Shown here: one piece after another, positions 1 to 9,107 of the stretch
Numbering within the stretch: position 1 is the first letter of the stretch
Layout of the letters: each line of letters opens with the position of its first letter
Origin: Corynebacterium glutamicum ATCC 13032
GTDB lineage: Bacteria > Actinomycetota > Actinomycetes > Mycobacteriales > Mycobacteriaceae
DNA length: 32,000 nucleotides
Assembly (NCBI RefSeq): GCF_000011325.1
Contig: NC_003450.3
Span: forward strand, 2,550,001-2,582,000
Direction: 5' to 3'
Notes under the pieces: model-generated
Database searches by the model: none
Told to the model about the DNA's origin: nothing
Seen by the model: the letters and a program-made list of their open reading frames with translations, nothing else
Position numbers and translations under genes: made by a program

Positions 1-2459
1 AAAACAGCCCCCGAAACCTCCTTGGACACATCGCCCACAAATTGGGTGCGCACTCCGCCAACTCCATCCGTGGTGTGATCGACCGTCTCGATGCCTCCAC
101 CGTGGTGATCGTTGACGATGTCCACTGGGCCGACGTGGAATCCATGCAAAAACTCATCGAATATTCCATGCGCATGGTTTCTGGCCGTTTCGCACTCATC
201 ATGATTGGCCTTGATGAAGAGAACTTAGTGTTCCACGATGAGGTGGTCTCGCTCCCCTCCATCGCAGACTCCACCTACGTATTGCCGCCGATGAGTATTG
301 AAGAAATCCGCCAGCTTGCGCTTACCGATGTCCGCGGCCGCATCAGCACCACCACCGCCACAGACATCCAGCGCATCACCGGCGGCATCTACGGGCGAGT
401 CAAAGAAGTCCTCCACTCGGAATCCCCCGATCACTGGCGAATGCCCAACCCAAATATTCCCATCCCACAAAGCTGGCATGCCAACCTGTTGAGACGCATC
501 ACCAACGAAGAAGTCTGGCATGTACTACTCGCCGTCGCTGTCCTTCCCTCCGGAGGCCCCATTGACCTGGTAAAACTCCTAGGCAACGACCCCACGGGCA
601 TGCTTTGCGACGACGCCGTCCGCTCAGGCCTGCTCCGCGTGCTGCCGTCTGACGGCCAACCACAAGTGGATTTGGTCCTGCCGATCGACCGCGCCGTACT
701 GCAATCACGCACTCCGCTCAACATTCTGGCGCAGTTGCACCACAAGGCAGCCGAATATTACGGCAAGTGGAATCAAAAAGATGCCCAACTGGAGCACGAA
801 GCATTTGCTGCAATTGATCCAAATGATCCAGCAGTGCGAGCCCTAGCGCAGCGCGGATATGCGTTGGGTAGGACTGGCCACTGGATGGAATCGGCACACG
901 CCCTATCTCTTGCCGCGAACCGCACTGCACACCAAGAAGAATCAAATAAGTACTTGCTGGAGTCCATCGATTCACTGATCGCCGCCGCCGATCTCCCCCA
1001 AGCTCGATCCAGAGCATCCACCCTTGATCTTGGAGAAACCGGCATTCAACAAGACTCAATGCTGGGCTACCTGGCAATCCACGAAGGCCGGCGCCTCGAA
1101 GCACGCAATCTCCTTCATCGTGCTTCTGAAGAATTGCTGGCGCAGCACCCGATTGATCCGATCCACGGCCCCCGCATGGCTCAGCGCAAAGTACTGTTAA
1201 ACTTAGTGGACTGGAATCCAGAAGAACTCCTGGTGTGGGCTGATAGAGCAGTCGCATGGACTGAAGAGGATGCTGGCGAAAAGGTTGAGGCCCAAGCTAT
1301 TTCCCTCATTGGACAATCCATCCTCGATGGCTGCCTCCCCGAAGATAAACCCATCCCCGGTGAAACCACCCTTCACGCACAACGCCGCCACATGGCAATG
1401 GGCTGGCTTTCCATGGTTCACGATGATCCAGTAACTGCACGTCAAAAGCTTGAACGTCGCACATCCATCAATGGTTCAGAACGCATCAGTTTGTGGCAAG
1501 ACGGATGGCTGGCTCGGTCCCTACTGCTGCTCGGCGAATGGGAGTCCGCAGCACGCACCGTAGAAATCGGTCTGGCCCGCGCCGAACAGTTTGGCATCCG
1601 CTTCCTCGAACCACTGTTACTGTGGTCGGGCGCCACAATTGCAACAGCCCGCGGAAACTCTGACTTGGCACGAAATTACATGAGCAGACTGTCCACCGAT
1701 CAAGACTCCTTCATCGTCCAATCTATGCCATCTGCGATGTGTCGCATGTGGGTCCACCGCCATAGAAATGAAATCCCCGGTGCGATCGTGGCCGGAGAAC
1801 AATTGGAAAAAATCGCCGCACACAAACACGTCAACGCACCTGGATTCTGGCCATGGCAAGACGTCCACGCAACGCATCTCATCCGCATCGGCGAAACTGA
1901 GCGCGCCCAGGAGTTAGTGAACTCCACGCTTGAGGAGCTCAGAGGCTCCGATATCATGTCTGCCCACGCAAAAATTGCCGTTCCCGACGCCATGTTGATG
2001 ATCCACCACGGAGATGTGAAAAAGGGATTTAAGCGTTTCGACGACGCCCTCGATATGCTCGATCCCCTCACCCTCCCCTACTATCGGGCACGCATCTGCT
2101 TTGAATACGGCCAGGCCCTGAGACGCCAGGGGCAACGTCGACGTGCTGATGAACAATTTGCCCGTGCAGCTTCCCTATTCCAAGACATGGGCGCCGACGC
2201 GATGGTCACCCTAGCCAACCGAGAACGCCGGGTGGGTGGCCTTGGTCAACGATCCGAGCAAGCCGGTGGGCTCACCCCTCAGGAATATGAAATTGCCCGA
2301 TTAGTGTCATCTGGGCATGCCAACCGAGAGGTCGCACAGGAGCTTTTCCTCTCGCCTAAGACCGTGGAATACCATCTCACCCGGGTGTACAAAAAGCTCG
2401 GAATACGCAATCGGATGGAACTTGCCGAGGCTTTGAAGAAGTACTCACACGACGCCTAG
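1..2459 (+). CDS. benR: LuxR-family large ATP-binding (LAL/MalT-like) transcriptional regulator, 5' end truncated by window edge
   Basis: The frame of ORF 42..2459 stays open back to base 3 with no stop. The first visible residues, VVIVDDVHWAD, resemble the Walker-B region of LAL ATPases, so the P-loop must lie upstream. The middle is long, helical and TPR-like. The C terminus is a LuxR HTH (LTPQEYEIARLVSSGHANREVAQELFLSPKTVEYHLTRVYKKLGI). The symbol is inferred from its position next to benK/benE, as in C. glutamicum. Confidence 0.8.
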   Translation, partial: NSPRNLLGHIAHKLGAHSANSIRGVIDRLDASTVVIVDDVHWADVESMQKLIEYSMRMVSGRFALIMIGLDEENLVFHDEVVSLPSIADSTYVLPPMSIEEIRQLALTDVRGRISTTTATDIQRITGGIYGRVKEVLHSESPDHWRMPNPNIPIPQSWHANLLRRITNEEVWHVLLAVAVLPSGGPIDLVKLLGNDPTGMLCDDAVRSGLLRVLPSDGQPQVDLVLPIDRAVLQSRTPLNILAQLHHKAAEYYGKWNQKDAQLEHEAFAAIDPNDPAVRALAQRGYALGRTGHWMESAHALSLAANRTAHQEESNKYLLESIDSLIAAADLPQARSRASTLDLGETGIQQDSMLGYLAIHEGRRLEARNLLHRASEELLAQHPIDPIHGPRMAQRKVLLNLVDWNPEELLVWADRAVAWTEEDAGEKVEAQAISLIGQSILDGCLPEDKPIPGETTLHAQRRHMAMGWLSMVHDDPVTARQKLERRTSINGSERISLWQDGWLARSLLLLGEWESAARTVEIGLARAEQFGIRFLEPLLLWSGATIATARGNSDLARNYMSRLSTDQDSFIVQSMPSAMCRMWVHRHRNEIPGAIVAGEQLEKIAAHKHVNAPGFWPWQDVHATHLIRIGETERAQELVNSTLEELRGSDIMSAHAKIAVPDAMLMIHHGDVKKGFKRFDDALDMLDPLTLPYYRARICFEYGQALRRQGQRRRADEQFARAASLFQDMGADAMVTLANRERRVGGLGQRSEQAGGLTPQEYEIARLVSSGHANREVAQELFLSPKTVEYHLTRVYKKLGIRNRMELAEALKKYSHDA

Positions 2460-2540
2460 CAGCGGATATGTTTGCGGACAAGTATCCCCTAGATCTCTTT
2501 AGGGCTATCCCTAGTTTCAGCTTTCCTTACCACAGGATTG

Positions 2541-2575
2541 AATGTGAATCACATCACCAGCAGGTGACAATGTGC
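2541..2575. promoter_or_regulatory. Candidate operator region in the benK promoter (overlapping dyads, CRP/GlxR-like half sites)
   Basis: There is a perfect 13-nt palindrome ATGTGAaTCACAT at 2542..2554, overlapping a near-perfect 14-nt dyad TCACCAGCAGGTGA at 2554..2567. TGTGA-N6-TCACC (2543..2558) resembles the TGTGA-N6-TCACA CRP/GlxR-type consensus. The region lies 30-65 nt upstream of the GTG start at 2606. Each dyad alone is within chance expectation. Confidence 0.3.
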
Positions 2576-2605
2576 GATTACTTCACAAGCTCAAGGAGAA
2601 TTTCT

Positions 2606-3946
2606 GTGGCTTCCCAAATTTCTGGCGGCTGGCAAAGTGCCAAACACCGCACCACTGTTTACATGGTCCTCGTAGTTGTGGGCATTTCTATTCTTTTTGA
2701 CGGCTACGATCTAGTGATCTACGGCGCCGTGCTGTCAACACTACTTGAAGATCCAACCCAGATCGGTGCGCTCAGCCCAGCAGTCGCCGGCACCCTTGGT
2801 TCCTACGCCATGATCGGCGTGATGATCGGTGCTCTATCTGCAGGTGCCGTTGGTGACCGCCTTGGTCGTCGCAAAGTTATGCTCACCGCAATCGTCTGGT
2901 TCTCTGTGGGCATGGCGCTGACCGCGTTCGCGTCCTCGATTGCGCTGTTCGGTTTCTTGCGCTTCCTCACCGGACTTGGCGTGGGCATGATCGTTGCAAC
3001 CGGCGGCGCAATCATCGCGGAGTTCGCTCCAGCGAATAGGCGCAACTTGTTCAACGCAATCGTGTACTCCGGTGTCCCAGCCGGTGGCGTGCTGGCTTCT
3101 ATCCTTGCACTGCTCTTTGAAGATGTCATCGGCTGGCGCGGACTCTTCCTCATCGGTGGATCCCCACTACTGTTCCTCCTGCCACTTGCATACTTCTTCC
3201 TCCCAGAGTCCCCGCGCTGGCTCACCTCCCGCGGCCGTGCTGCGGACGCCAAAGCCCTCTGCGCACGCTATGGGCTGCCGACGGAGGAATTTGTCGTCGA
3301 AAAGCAGCAGGAAACAAAGGGCACCGGATTCGCTGGAATTTTCTCCTCCAAGTACCTCATGGGCACCATTCTCATCGGCGCAATGAGCTTCATCGGGCTG
3401 CTTTCGACCTACGGCCTGAACACCTGGTTGCCAAAGATCATGGAATCCAACGGCGCAACCTCACATGATTCCCTGTACTCCCTGCTGTTCCTCAACGGCG
3501 GCGCAGTGTTCGGTGGCCTCATCGCATCCTGGTTCGCTGACCGCATCGGCGCGAAGACCGTGATCACCTCCACCTTCGCTCTCGCCGCGATCTGCCTCGG
3601 AGTCCTGCCAAACATCTCCTCCTGGCCAATGATGTACACCGCAATCGCATTCGCAGGCGTCGGCGTCCTGGGCACCCAGGTTCTCACCTACGGCCTGACC
3701 TCGAACTTCTTCGGAACCGAATGCCGCGCAGCGGGAGTTGCATGGTGTGCAGGATTCGGCCGACTCGGCGGAATCGTCGGACCAGCAATCGGTGGCCTGA
3801 TCATCGGCGCAGGATTCGGACCAAGCTCCGCATTCCTCATCTTCGCAGCAGCTGCCGCAATCGGCGCGGTCTGCACCTTGCTGATCCCGCGCTCCCCAGC
3901 AGAAGTAGAGGTCAAGGTCGCGCAGGAACCACTTGCACGTGTCTAA
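2606..3946 (+). CDS. benK: MFS aromatic-acid/H+ symporter (benzoate transporter BenK-like)
   Basis: This uses the frame of ORF 2468..3946. I prefer the GTG at 2606 because AAGGAG (2593..2598) sits 7 nt upstream. The protein is a 12-TM MFS with the loop motif GDRLGRRKV. The 46 codons upstream (FADKYPLDLFRAIPSF...) look non-coding. Confidence 0.85.
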   Translation: MASQISGGWQSAKHRTTVYMVLVVVGISILFDGYDLVIYGAVLSTLLEDPTQIGALSPAVAGTLGSYAMIGVMIGALSAGAVGDRLGRRKVMLTAIVWFSVGMALTAFASSIALFGFLRFLTGLGVGMIVATGGAIIAEFAPANRRNLFNAIVYSGVPAGGVLASILALLFEDVIGWRGLFLIGGSPLLFLLPLAYFFLPESPRWLTSRGRAADAKALCARYGLPTEEFVVEKQQETKGTGFAGIFSSKYLMGTILIGAMSFIGLLSTYGLNTWLPKIMESNGATSHDSLYSLLFLNGGAVFGGLIASWFADRIGAKTVITSTFALAAICLGVLPNISSWPMMYTAIAFAGVGVLGTQVLTYGLTSNFFGTECRAAGVAWCAGFGRLGGIVGPAIGGLIIGAGFGPSSAFLIFAAAAAIGAVCTLLIPRSPAEVEVKVAQEPLARV

Positions 3947-3964
3947 CCCCAATTAATTCGAAAC

Positions 3965-3987
3965 AAGGAAGCTTCGGCTTCCTTTTT
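3965..3987 (+). terminator. Rho-independent terminator after benK
   Basis: The stem is AAGGAAGC / GCTTCCTT (8 bp) with loop TTCG, followed by a T run. It starts 19 nt after the benK stop. Confidence 0.75.
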
Positions 3988-4026
3988 CGGCATTTCACTA
4001 GCATTTAGAATTTAAGGAATTAGTTA

Positions 4027-5271
4027 ATGGCAAGCTCAGTATTATTAGCTGTCGAAAAACCAGAACTCCCCCGGCCTACTTTCGCTGAGATCAAACGAGA
4101 CCTCGGCCCCCAAGAAATTGGCAACGGGCTTGTCGCACTGATTTTCTCCGCATCCGGACCCATCGCAGTGATCCTGGCTGCTGCTGCAGCGGGAAACCTT
4201 TCGCCTGATCAAACATCTTCATGGATCTTCGGAGCATTTTTAGGCAACGGACTGCTCACGCTGTGGCTTACCTATATGTACCGCAGCCCGCAGGCATACT
4301 TCTGGACGATTCCCGGAACCGTCATCGTGGGCGACTCACTTACCCACTTAAGTTTCGCTGAAGTTATCGGCGCATACCTTGTTACCGGCGTTGTGGTGTT
4401 TGCGCTCGGATGGACCGGTCTCATCGGACGGATCATGGCGGTACTGCCACCAACCATCGTGATGGCCATGGTCGCAGGCATTTTCCTCCGCTTCGGACTC
4501 GACCTCATCGACGCCAGCGTGACCGACCCGCTCATTGCACTTCCCATGGTCATAGTTTTTGTGGCATTGAGCATGAGTCCCCGCTTGGCAAGCATCGCCC
4601 CACCCGTTGCAGTAGCCGCAGTAGTGGGAACCATCGTTGCCATCGCATCCGGCAAACTAGCGTCCGGAATTCTAGACAACGGAATTATCTCCCGCCCCGT
4701 CTTTACCGCCCCAGAATTTTCCTTCGCCGCCATCATGGAACTCGTTGTTCCCTTGGCGATCACCGTAGTCATTGTCCAAAACGGCCAAGGCGTCGCAGTG
4801 CTTAAAGCAGCAGGTCACCGCCCCGGAGTAAACCTTGCCGCCGCGGCCTCCGGACTGTGGTCCCTACCCATGGCGTTGATCGGCAACATCACCACCTGCC
4901 TCACCGGCCCCACCAACGCGCTGATCGTCGCCGGAGCAAAATCACACAGGCACTACACCGCAGCAATGGTCACCGCCATCGGCGCCATCATCGTGGGCCT
5001 GTTCTCCCCAACTTTCGTCGGATTCATGCTGGCCATGCCCATATCCTTCATCGCTGCACTCGCCGGCATCGCCATGCTCACCCCACTCAAAAACGCCTTC
5101 ATCGCAGGATTCTCCGGTGATTATTCCACTGGCGCACTAGTCTGCTTTTTAGTCACAGTGTCGGAAATCAGCATCCTCGGAATCACCGCCCCGTTTTGGG
5201 GAATTGTCTTCGGATGGCTCATCGGATGGCTGCTGGATAGCAAGCTTCTAGAAAACAAAAAACGGGCTTAG
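4027..5271 (+). CDS. benE: BenE-family benzoate membrane transport protein
   Basis: The 414-aa polytopic membrane protein resembles the BenE family by eye. An AAGGA RBS lies 8 nt upstream of the ATG, and the gene is adjacent to benK. Confidence 0.8.
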   Translation: MASSVLLAVEKPELPRPTFAEIKRDLGPQEIGNGLVALIFSASGPIAVILAAAAAGNLSPDQTSSWIFGAFLGNGLLTLWLTYMYRSPQAYFWTIPGTVIVGDSLTHLSFAEVIGAYLVTGVVVFALGWTGLIGRIMAVLPPTIVMAMVAGIFLRFGLDLIDASVTDPLIALPMVIVFVALSMSPRLASIAPPVAVAAVVGTIVAIASGKLASGILDNGIISRPVFTAPEFSFAAIMELVVPLAITVVIVQNGQGVAVLKAAGHRPGVNLAAAASGLWSLPMALIGNITTCLTGPTNALIVAGAKSHRHYTAAMVTAIGAIIVGLFSPTFVGFMLAMPISFIAALAGIAMLTPLKNAFIAGFSGDYSTGALVCFLVTVSEISILGITAPFWGIVFGWLIGWLLDSKLLENKKRA

Positions 5272-5314
5272 CTCCTCTATATATAAGGAACCAAACCCGA
5301 ATCTTTAAAAAACT

Positions 5315-5941
5315 CTAGCGCTTGAGCTTGCGGTAATCGAAGACCTGGTCAACGATGCCATACTCGAGTGCTTCCTCAGCGGTGAGGATCTTGTCACGGT
5401 CGGTATCGATGCGGATCTGCTCCGCGGTCTTGCCGGTGTGCTCAGCCAAGGTGGTTTCCATCAAACGACGCATGCGCTCGATTTCAGCTGCCTGGATCTC
5501 GAGGTCAGAAACCTGACCCTGGGTGCCCTGGGTTGCTGGCTGGTGGATCAGCACGCGGGAGTTAGGAAGAACAGCGCGCTTACCTGGTGCACCGGCTGCA
5601 AGAAGAACTGCGGCTGCGGATGCTGCCTGACCAAGGCAGACGGTCTGAACGTCTGGGCGGACGTACTGCATGGTGTCGTAAATTGCCATCAACGCGGTGA
5701 AGGATCCACCAGGTGAGTTGATGTACAGGGTGATATCGCGGTCTGGGTCCATGCCTTCGAGGACAAGGAGCTGCGCCATGATGTCGTTTGCAGAGGTGTC
5801 GTCGACCTGGGTGCCCAGGAAGATGATGCGCTCTTCAAAGAGTTTTGCGTAAGGGTTGGTCTCTTTGGTGCCGTATGCGGACTGCTCAATGAAGGAAGGC
5901 AGCACGTAACGGGACGTTGGCATTTGGAATCCGTTGCTCAT
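5315..5941 (-). CDS. clpP2: ATP-dependent Clp protease proteolytic subunit ClpP2
   Basis: ClpP family motifs are present ([27 protein letters not shown]). The RBS AAAGGAGAG sits upstream of the ATG. It is the second gene of the tig-clpP1-clpP2 arrangement typical of actinobacteria. Confidence 0.93.
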   Translation of the reverse strand: MSNGFQMPTSRYVLPSFIEQSAYGTKETNPYAKLFEERIIFLGTQVDDTSANDIMAQLLVLEGMDPDRDITLYINSPGGSFTALMAIYDTMQYVRPDVQTVCLGQAASAAAVLLAAGAPGKRAVLPNSRVLIHQPATQGTQGQVSDLEIQAAEIERMRRLMETTLAEHTGKTAEQIRIDTDRDKILTAEEALEYGIVDQVFDYRKLKR

Positions 5942-5975
5942 AATCTTATTCTCTCCTTTAAAGTTTTCCGTGCGC

Positions 5976-6569
5976 CTAGTTGCTGATTGGGCCTTCAGCC
6001 AAGGTAATCACGTGGTCAACAAGTCCGTAATCCTTAGCTTCCTGTGCAGTGAACCAGCGGTCACGATCGGAATCCTTGGAGATCTGCTCAAAGGTCTGGC
6101 CGGTGTGCTCAGCGATCAGCTGGGCCATTTCACGCTTGGTGGCTGCGAACTGCTCAGCCTGGATAGCGATATCAGCTGCGGTACCACCAACACCAGCGGA
6201 AGGCTGGTGCATCATGATACGTGCGTGTGGCAATGCGAAACGCTTGCCCTTAGTGCCACCGGAAAGCAGGAACTGGCCCATGGATGCTGCCAGGCCCATG
6301 CCGTAGGTTGCGATGTCGCATGGGGAGTATTTCATGGTGTCATAAATTGCCATGCCTGCGGTGACGGAGCCACCTGGGGAGTTAATGTACAGGGAGATGT
6401 CCCTGGTTGGATCCTCAGCGGACAGCAGCAGGATCTGAGCGCATAGCTTGTTTGCAATCTCATCGTCTACCTGGCTTCCCAGGAAAATGATGCGCTCACT
6501 CAGGAGGCGATCAAAGACGTCATTTCCGAAACCAGGCCCACCCTGGGCTGCCATACGAATATCGCTCAT
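5976..6569 (-). CDS. clpP1: ATP-dependent Clp protease proteolytic subunit ClpP1
   Basis: ClpP family motifs are present ([27 protein letters not shown]). I prefer the ATG at 6569 (MSDIRMAAQ) because the TTG at 6581 directly abuts the GGAG with no spacer. Confidence 0.9.
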   Translation of the reverse strand: MSDIRMAAQGGPGFGNDVFDRLLSERIIFLGSQVDDEIANKLCAQILLLSAEDPTRDISLYINSPGGSVTAGMAIYDTMKYSPCDIATYGMGLAASMGQFLLSGGTKGKRFALPHARIMMHQPSAGVGGTAADIAIQAEQFAATKREMAQLIAEHTGQTFEQISKDSDRDRWFTAQEAKDYGLVDHVITLAEGPISN

Positions 6570-6662
6570 GAAAACAGTCAACTCCTACATTCTTAAATCT
6601 TGGGTACGTTCATTTGGTTCAATGTCACCAGACTACCCGCGTATTTCCATGAAACCGCCTCT

Positions 6663-6680
6663 GTTCGCTATCAGCGTTTT
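6663..6680 (-). promoter_or_regulatory. ClgR-type operator upstream of clpP1P2
   Basis: The minus-strand sequence AAAACGCTGATAGCGAAC fits every position of the ClgR consensus as I recall it (WNNWCGCYNANRGCGWWS). It lies between the tig terminator and the clpP1 start, 94-111 nt upstream of the ATG. Confidence 0.65.
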
Positions 6681-6701
6681 CACCGTTTAAAAAAGCAAAA
6701 A

Positions 6702-6745
6702 AATAACGCTTCTCGACGTCCAGTGGCGCGTCGAAAAGCGTTATT
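6702..6745 (-). terminator. Rho-independent terminator after tig
   Basis: The arms AATAACGCTTCTCGACG and CGTCGAAAAGCGTTATT pair at 16 of 17 positions around a 10-nt loop. On the minus strand the stem is followed by TTTTTTTGCTTTTTT. It starts 13 nt after the tig stop. Confidence 0.85.
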
Positions 6746-6757
6746 TCTTTAAAGTTT

Positions 6758-8107
6758 TTAAGCTTCAGACTCAGTCTCAGCTACTTCTTCTTCACCGAAG
6801 TATTCCTTAGGGTCGATCTCGTTACCCTCGGAGTCCTTCACGTTTACGCGGCAGATAGCCTGTGCAAGAGCCTTGCCACGGCGAACGTCGGAGAAGAGGT
6901 TCGCGATCTGGCCGGACTGCTGCAGCTGACCGATGAACTGGTTTGGGTCCATGCCGTAAGACTGTGCGGTGAACAGGATGTGGTCGGTGAGCTCCTGCTG
7001 GGAAACCTCAGGCTCCTCAACCTCAGAGAGGGTGTCCAGGAACAGCTGGGTGCGAACAGCCTTCTCAGCATCTTCGACGTTCTTCTTGTCGAACTCTTCA
7101 CGAGTGGTGCCCTGAGCCTCAAGGAGGGAGTTCAGTGCAGCATCGTCGTGTGCAAGCTCGCCGAGGAGCTGGTGCAGCTGGGAGTGTGCCTGCTCGTCAA
7201 CGATGGACTGTGGCAGAGCGAAGTCAGCCTCGCCAAGAGCCGCAGCGAGAACTTCGTCGCGGATTGCAGCAGCCTGCTCGTTCTTCTGCTTAGCCTCAAC
7301 GTCAGACACGGTGGACTCACGAAGCTCTTCGATGGTGTCGAACTCAGAAGCCAGCTGTGCGAACTCATCATCCAGCTCAGGCAGCTCGCGCTGCTTGGTT
7401 GCGGTGATCTCAACGCTGATTTGAGCTTCCTTGCCCTTGTGCTCGCCGTTTGCCAGCTCAGAGGTGAACTCTACGGTTTCATCCTTCTTAGCGCCGATCA
7501 GAGCCTTGTCCAGGCCGTCAATCAGATCGTCAGATCCGATTTCGTAGGACAGACCCTCAGTGGTTGCCTCTTCAATCTTCTCACCGTCAATGCTTGCGGT
7601 GATGTTGATGGTGACGAACTCACCCTTCTTCAGCTTGTGGTTGTGATCCTTCAAGGTGGAGAAACGTGCACGCAGGGTCTCGAGCTCTGCTTCGATTGCC
7701 TCTTCGTCAGCCTTGATAGCTGGGACCTCAACAGTGATGTCCTCGAACTTAGGAAGCTCGAACTCTGGGCGAACGTCAACCTCAGCGACGAACTCAACGA
7801 GCTCGTTGTCTTCGATCTTGGTGACCTCTACGTTAGGCTGGCCGATTGCCTTGATGCCCTCAGCTTCGATTGCCTGTGCGTAGCGGTTAGGAAGCATGTC
7901 GTTGACAACCTGCTCCAGAACCGCACCACGGCCGAAGCGTGCGTCGATAAGCTGACGCGGTGCCTTGCCCTTACGGAAACCAGGGATCTGGACTTGCTGC
8001 GCTAGAGCGGCGTATGCCTGGTCGATCTCTGGCTTCAGTTCAGAAAATGGAACCTCAACGGTGATCTTTGAACGGGTGTCGCTCAGCTTCTCGACAGAAC
8101 TCTTCAC
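6758..8107 (-). CDS. tig: Trigger factor (ribosome-associated PPIase chaperone)
   Basis: The 449-aa protein carries the N-terminal ribosome-binding signature GFRKGKAP and an acidic C-terminal tail. The GTG start has AGGAG 8 nt upstream. Confidence 0.95.
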   Translation of the reverse strand: MKSSVEKLSDTRSKITVEVPFSELKPEIDQAYAALAQQVQIPGFRKGKAPRQLIDARFGRGAVLEQVVNDMLPNRYAQAIEAEGIKAIGQPNVEVTKIEDNELVEFVAEVDVRPEFELPKFEDITVEVPAIKADEEAIEAELETLRARFSTLKDHNHKLKKGEFVTINITASIDGEKIEEATTEGLSYEIGSDDLIDGLDKALIGAKKDETVEFTSELANGEHKGKEAQISVEITATKQRELPELDDEFAQLASEFDTIEELRESTVSDVEAKQKNEQAAAIRDEVLAAALGEADFALPQSIVDEQAHSQLHQLLGELAHDDAALNSLLEAQGTTREEFDKKNVEDAEKAVRTQLFLDTLSEVEEPEVSQQELTDHILFTAQSYGMDPNQFIGQLQQSGQIANLFSDVRRGKALAQAICRVNVKDSEGNEIDPKEYFGEEEVAETESEA

Positions 8108-8165
8108 GAGTAAATCTCCTGGATGATCGGGAAAGGGAAAGTTTCAGATATTACAAAAACAAGCC

Positions 8166-8209
8166 CGGTTTCCGACGATTAATGCGATTTCTCGCGTCGT
8201 CCGAAACCG
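8166..8209 (-). terminator. Hairpin terminator downstream of tRNA-Pro
   Basis: An imperfect stem pairs CGGTTTC/GAAACCG plus CGACG/CGTCG. On the minus strand it is followed by GGCTTGTTTTTGT. It lies between the tRNA-Pro 3' end and the tig promoter region. Confidence 0.55.
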
Positions 8210-8223
8210 AGCTCGTCCTCAAG

Positions 8224-8297
8224 TCGGGGCGACAGGATTTGAACCTGCGACCCCCTGCTCCCAAAGCAGGTGCGCTACCAAGCTGCGCCACGCCCCG
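8224..8297 (-). tRNA. tRNA-Pro (anticodon TGG)
   Basis: The minus-strand sequence is CGGGGCGTGGCGCAGCTTGGTAGCGCACCTGCTTTGGGAGCAGGGGGTCGCAGGTTCAAATCCTGTCGCCCCGA. The 7-bp acceptor stem is CGGGGCG/CGCCCCG, the anticodon stem is CCTGC/GCAGG with loop TTTGGGA, and the T-loop is GGTTCAAATCC. No CCA is encoded. Confidence 0.95.
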
Positions 8298-8534
8298 ATA
8301 TTTAATTTGACCCATCGAATACTAACACACTGTGATCTCAGAACAAATTCAGTAAGTGACTTACTAAGTCTCTGTGCTGAACCCCTGTGCGCTGTGCTCC
8401 TTGGTTCGATTAAGAACTTTACACACAACCATCTGAAAAGACGAAATCGCGTCCATAGCTGCAGGTAAAGATAGGTTTTTAAGTTACGCAATTGCATCAA
8501 GTTTTAACAACTAAGCGTTTTCCAGCGACTTTCT

Positions 8535-9107
8535 ATGCCAATCCCATTCGATCTAAGGAATTTCCCCCTCCCCGTTGCCGATTGTCTAAATTTATGGAAT
8601 TTTAAATTTATGGACAAATTTTTCCCCACTGATCAGAATGACCGCGATGCTCTATTTCAGAGACTCGAAGCCATAGAGGCAGTGATCGCTCGGCACGAGG
8701 CACTGTTTGCAAAAGAAGGCCACTCAATCAACGACTCCCCTGAAACTACGGACGGAGCGATTCATTTCTCCGGACAGTTTGAAAACGCTTCAGGTTCCAT
8801 CTCCTATTCATGGTCGCGACCCCCACATCATCTCCTCGAAGAAGCCTGGGATTCGTCATTCACCCGACTCGCAGCATTGGCCCACCCTCAACGGGGTCTG
8901 ATTCTGAAACAGTTACTTAATGACCCCTGCTCGGTCTCTACCCTTTGTCAGCTCGGAGTGACATCCTCTACCGGCACCGCCTACCACCATCTCAATGAAC
9001 TTGAATCTGCCGGCTGGGTAAGAAAAGGTCGTGGCGGCGTTTATGAAGTCCCCACTGAGCGGATCATCCCGCTACTAACCATCATTTCTGCCAGTGAGAA
9101 TCACTAA
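8535..9107 (+). CDS. ArsR-like winged-helix transcriptional regulator with N-terminal helical extension
   Basis: The C-terminal region LAALAHPQRGLILKQLLNDPCSVSTLCQLGVTSSTGTAYHHLNELESAGWVRK matches the ArsR/SmtB wHTH pattern. The start is uncertain: ATG 8535 or the in-frame ATG 8610, neither with a clear SD. The stop overlaps the next start (TAATG). Confidence 0.6.
   Translation: MPIPFDLRNFPLPVADCLNLWNFKFMDKFFPTDQNDRDALFQRLEAIEAVIARHEALFAKEGHSINDSPETTDGAIHFSGQFENASGSISYSWSRPPHHLLEEAWDSSFTRLAALAHPQRGLILKQLLNDPCSVSTLCQLGVTSSTGTAYHHLNELESAGWVRKGRGGVYEVPTERIIPLLTIISASENH

Noticed and set aside
2468-2605. N-terminal extensions offered by the ORF track: benK from 2468, crtB2 from 24824, crtI2 from 23967, the YbjN-like gene from 21461 and clpP1 from 6581.
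   Set aside because: Internal starts with good RBS spacing exist at 2606, 24704, 23844 and 6569. The extensions look non-protein-like or would overlap upstream genes.
5272-5314. A possible hairpin between convergent benE and clpP2 (GGGCTTAGCTCC ... GGAACCAAACCC).
   Set aside because: Only 9 of 12 positions pair, with three internal mismatches and no clear U tract. This is too weak to call a terminator.
5958-5967. The 10-mer TTAAAGTTTT occurs three times (5958..5967, 6749..6758, 16248..16257). All copies are near the 5' UTRs or ends of minus-strand genes.
   Set aside because: Triple occurrence of some 10-mer is expected several times in 32 kb (roughly N^3/6 x 4^-20, about 5), and more often in AT-rich intergenic DNA. 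The placement near RBSs is suggestive, but this is not statistically supportable from one window.
6706-6720. The 15-mer ACGCTTCTCGACGTC is shared between the tig terminator and the MFS-crtB2 intergenic region (24759..24773).
   Set aside because: My estimate is that about 0.5-1 identical 15-mer pair is expected by chance in 32 kb (N^2/2 x 4^-15, doubled for both strands). There is no extended similarity around it.
8403-8411. GGTTCGATT, a T-loop-like motif suggesting a tRNA fragment or att remnant between tRNA-Pro and the wHTH gene.
   Set aside because: The flanking bases do not form a T-stem (TCCTT versus AAGAA do not pair properly). No other tRNA-like segments are adjacent.
8219-8500. A 93-aa ORF overlapping tRNA-Pro, and an 85-aa ORF (10601..10858) overlapping tRNA-Gly.
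   Set aside because: Both run through well-folded tRNA genes and continue into AT-rich non-coding DNA. Their sequences are implausible as proteins.
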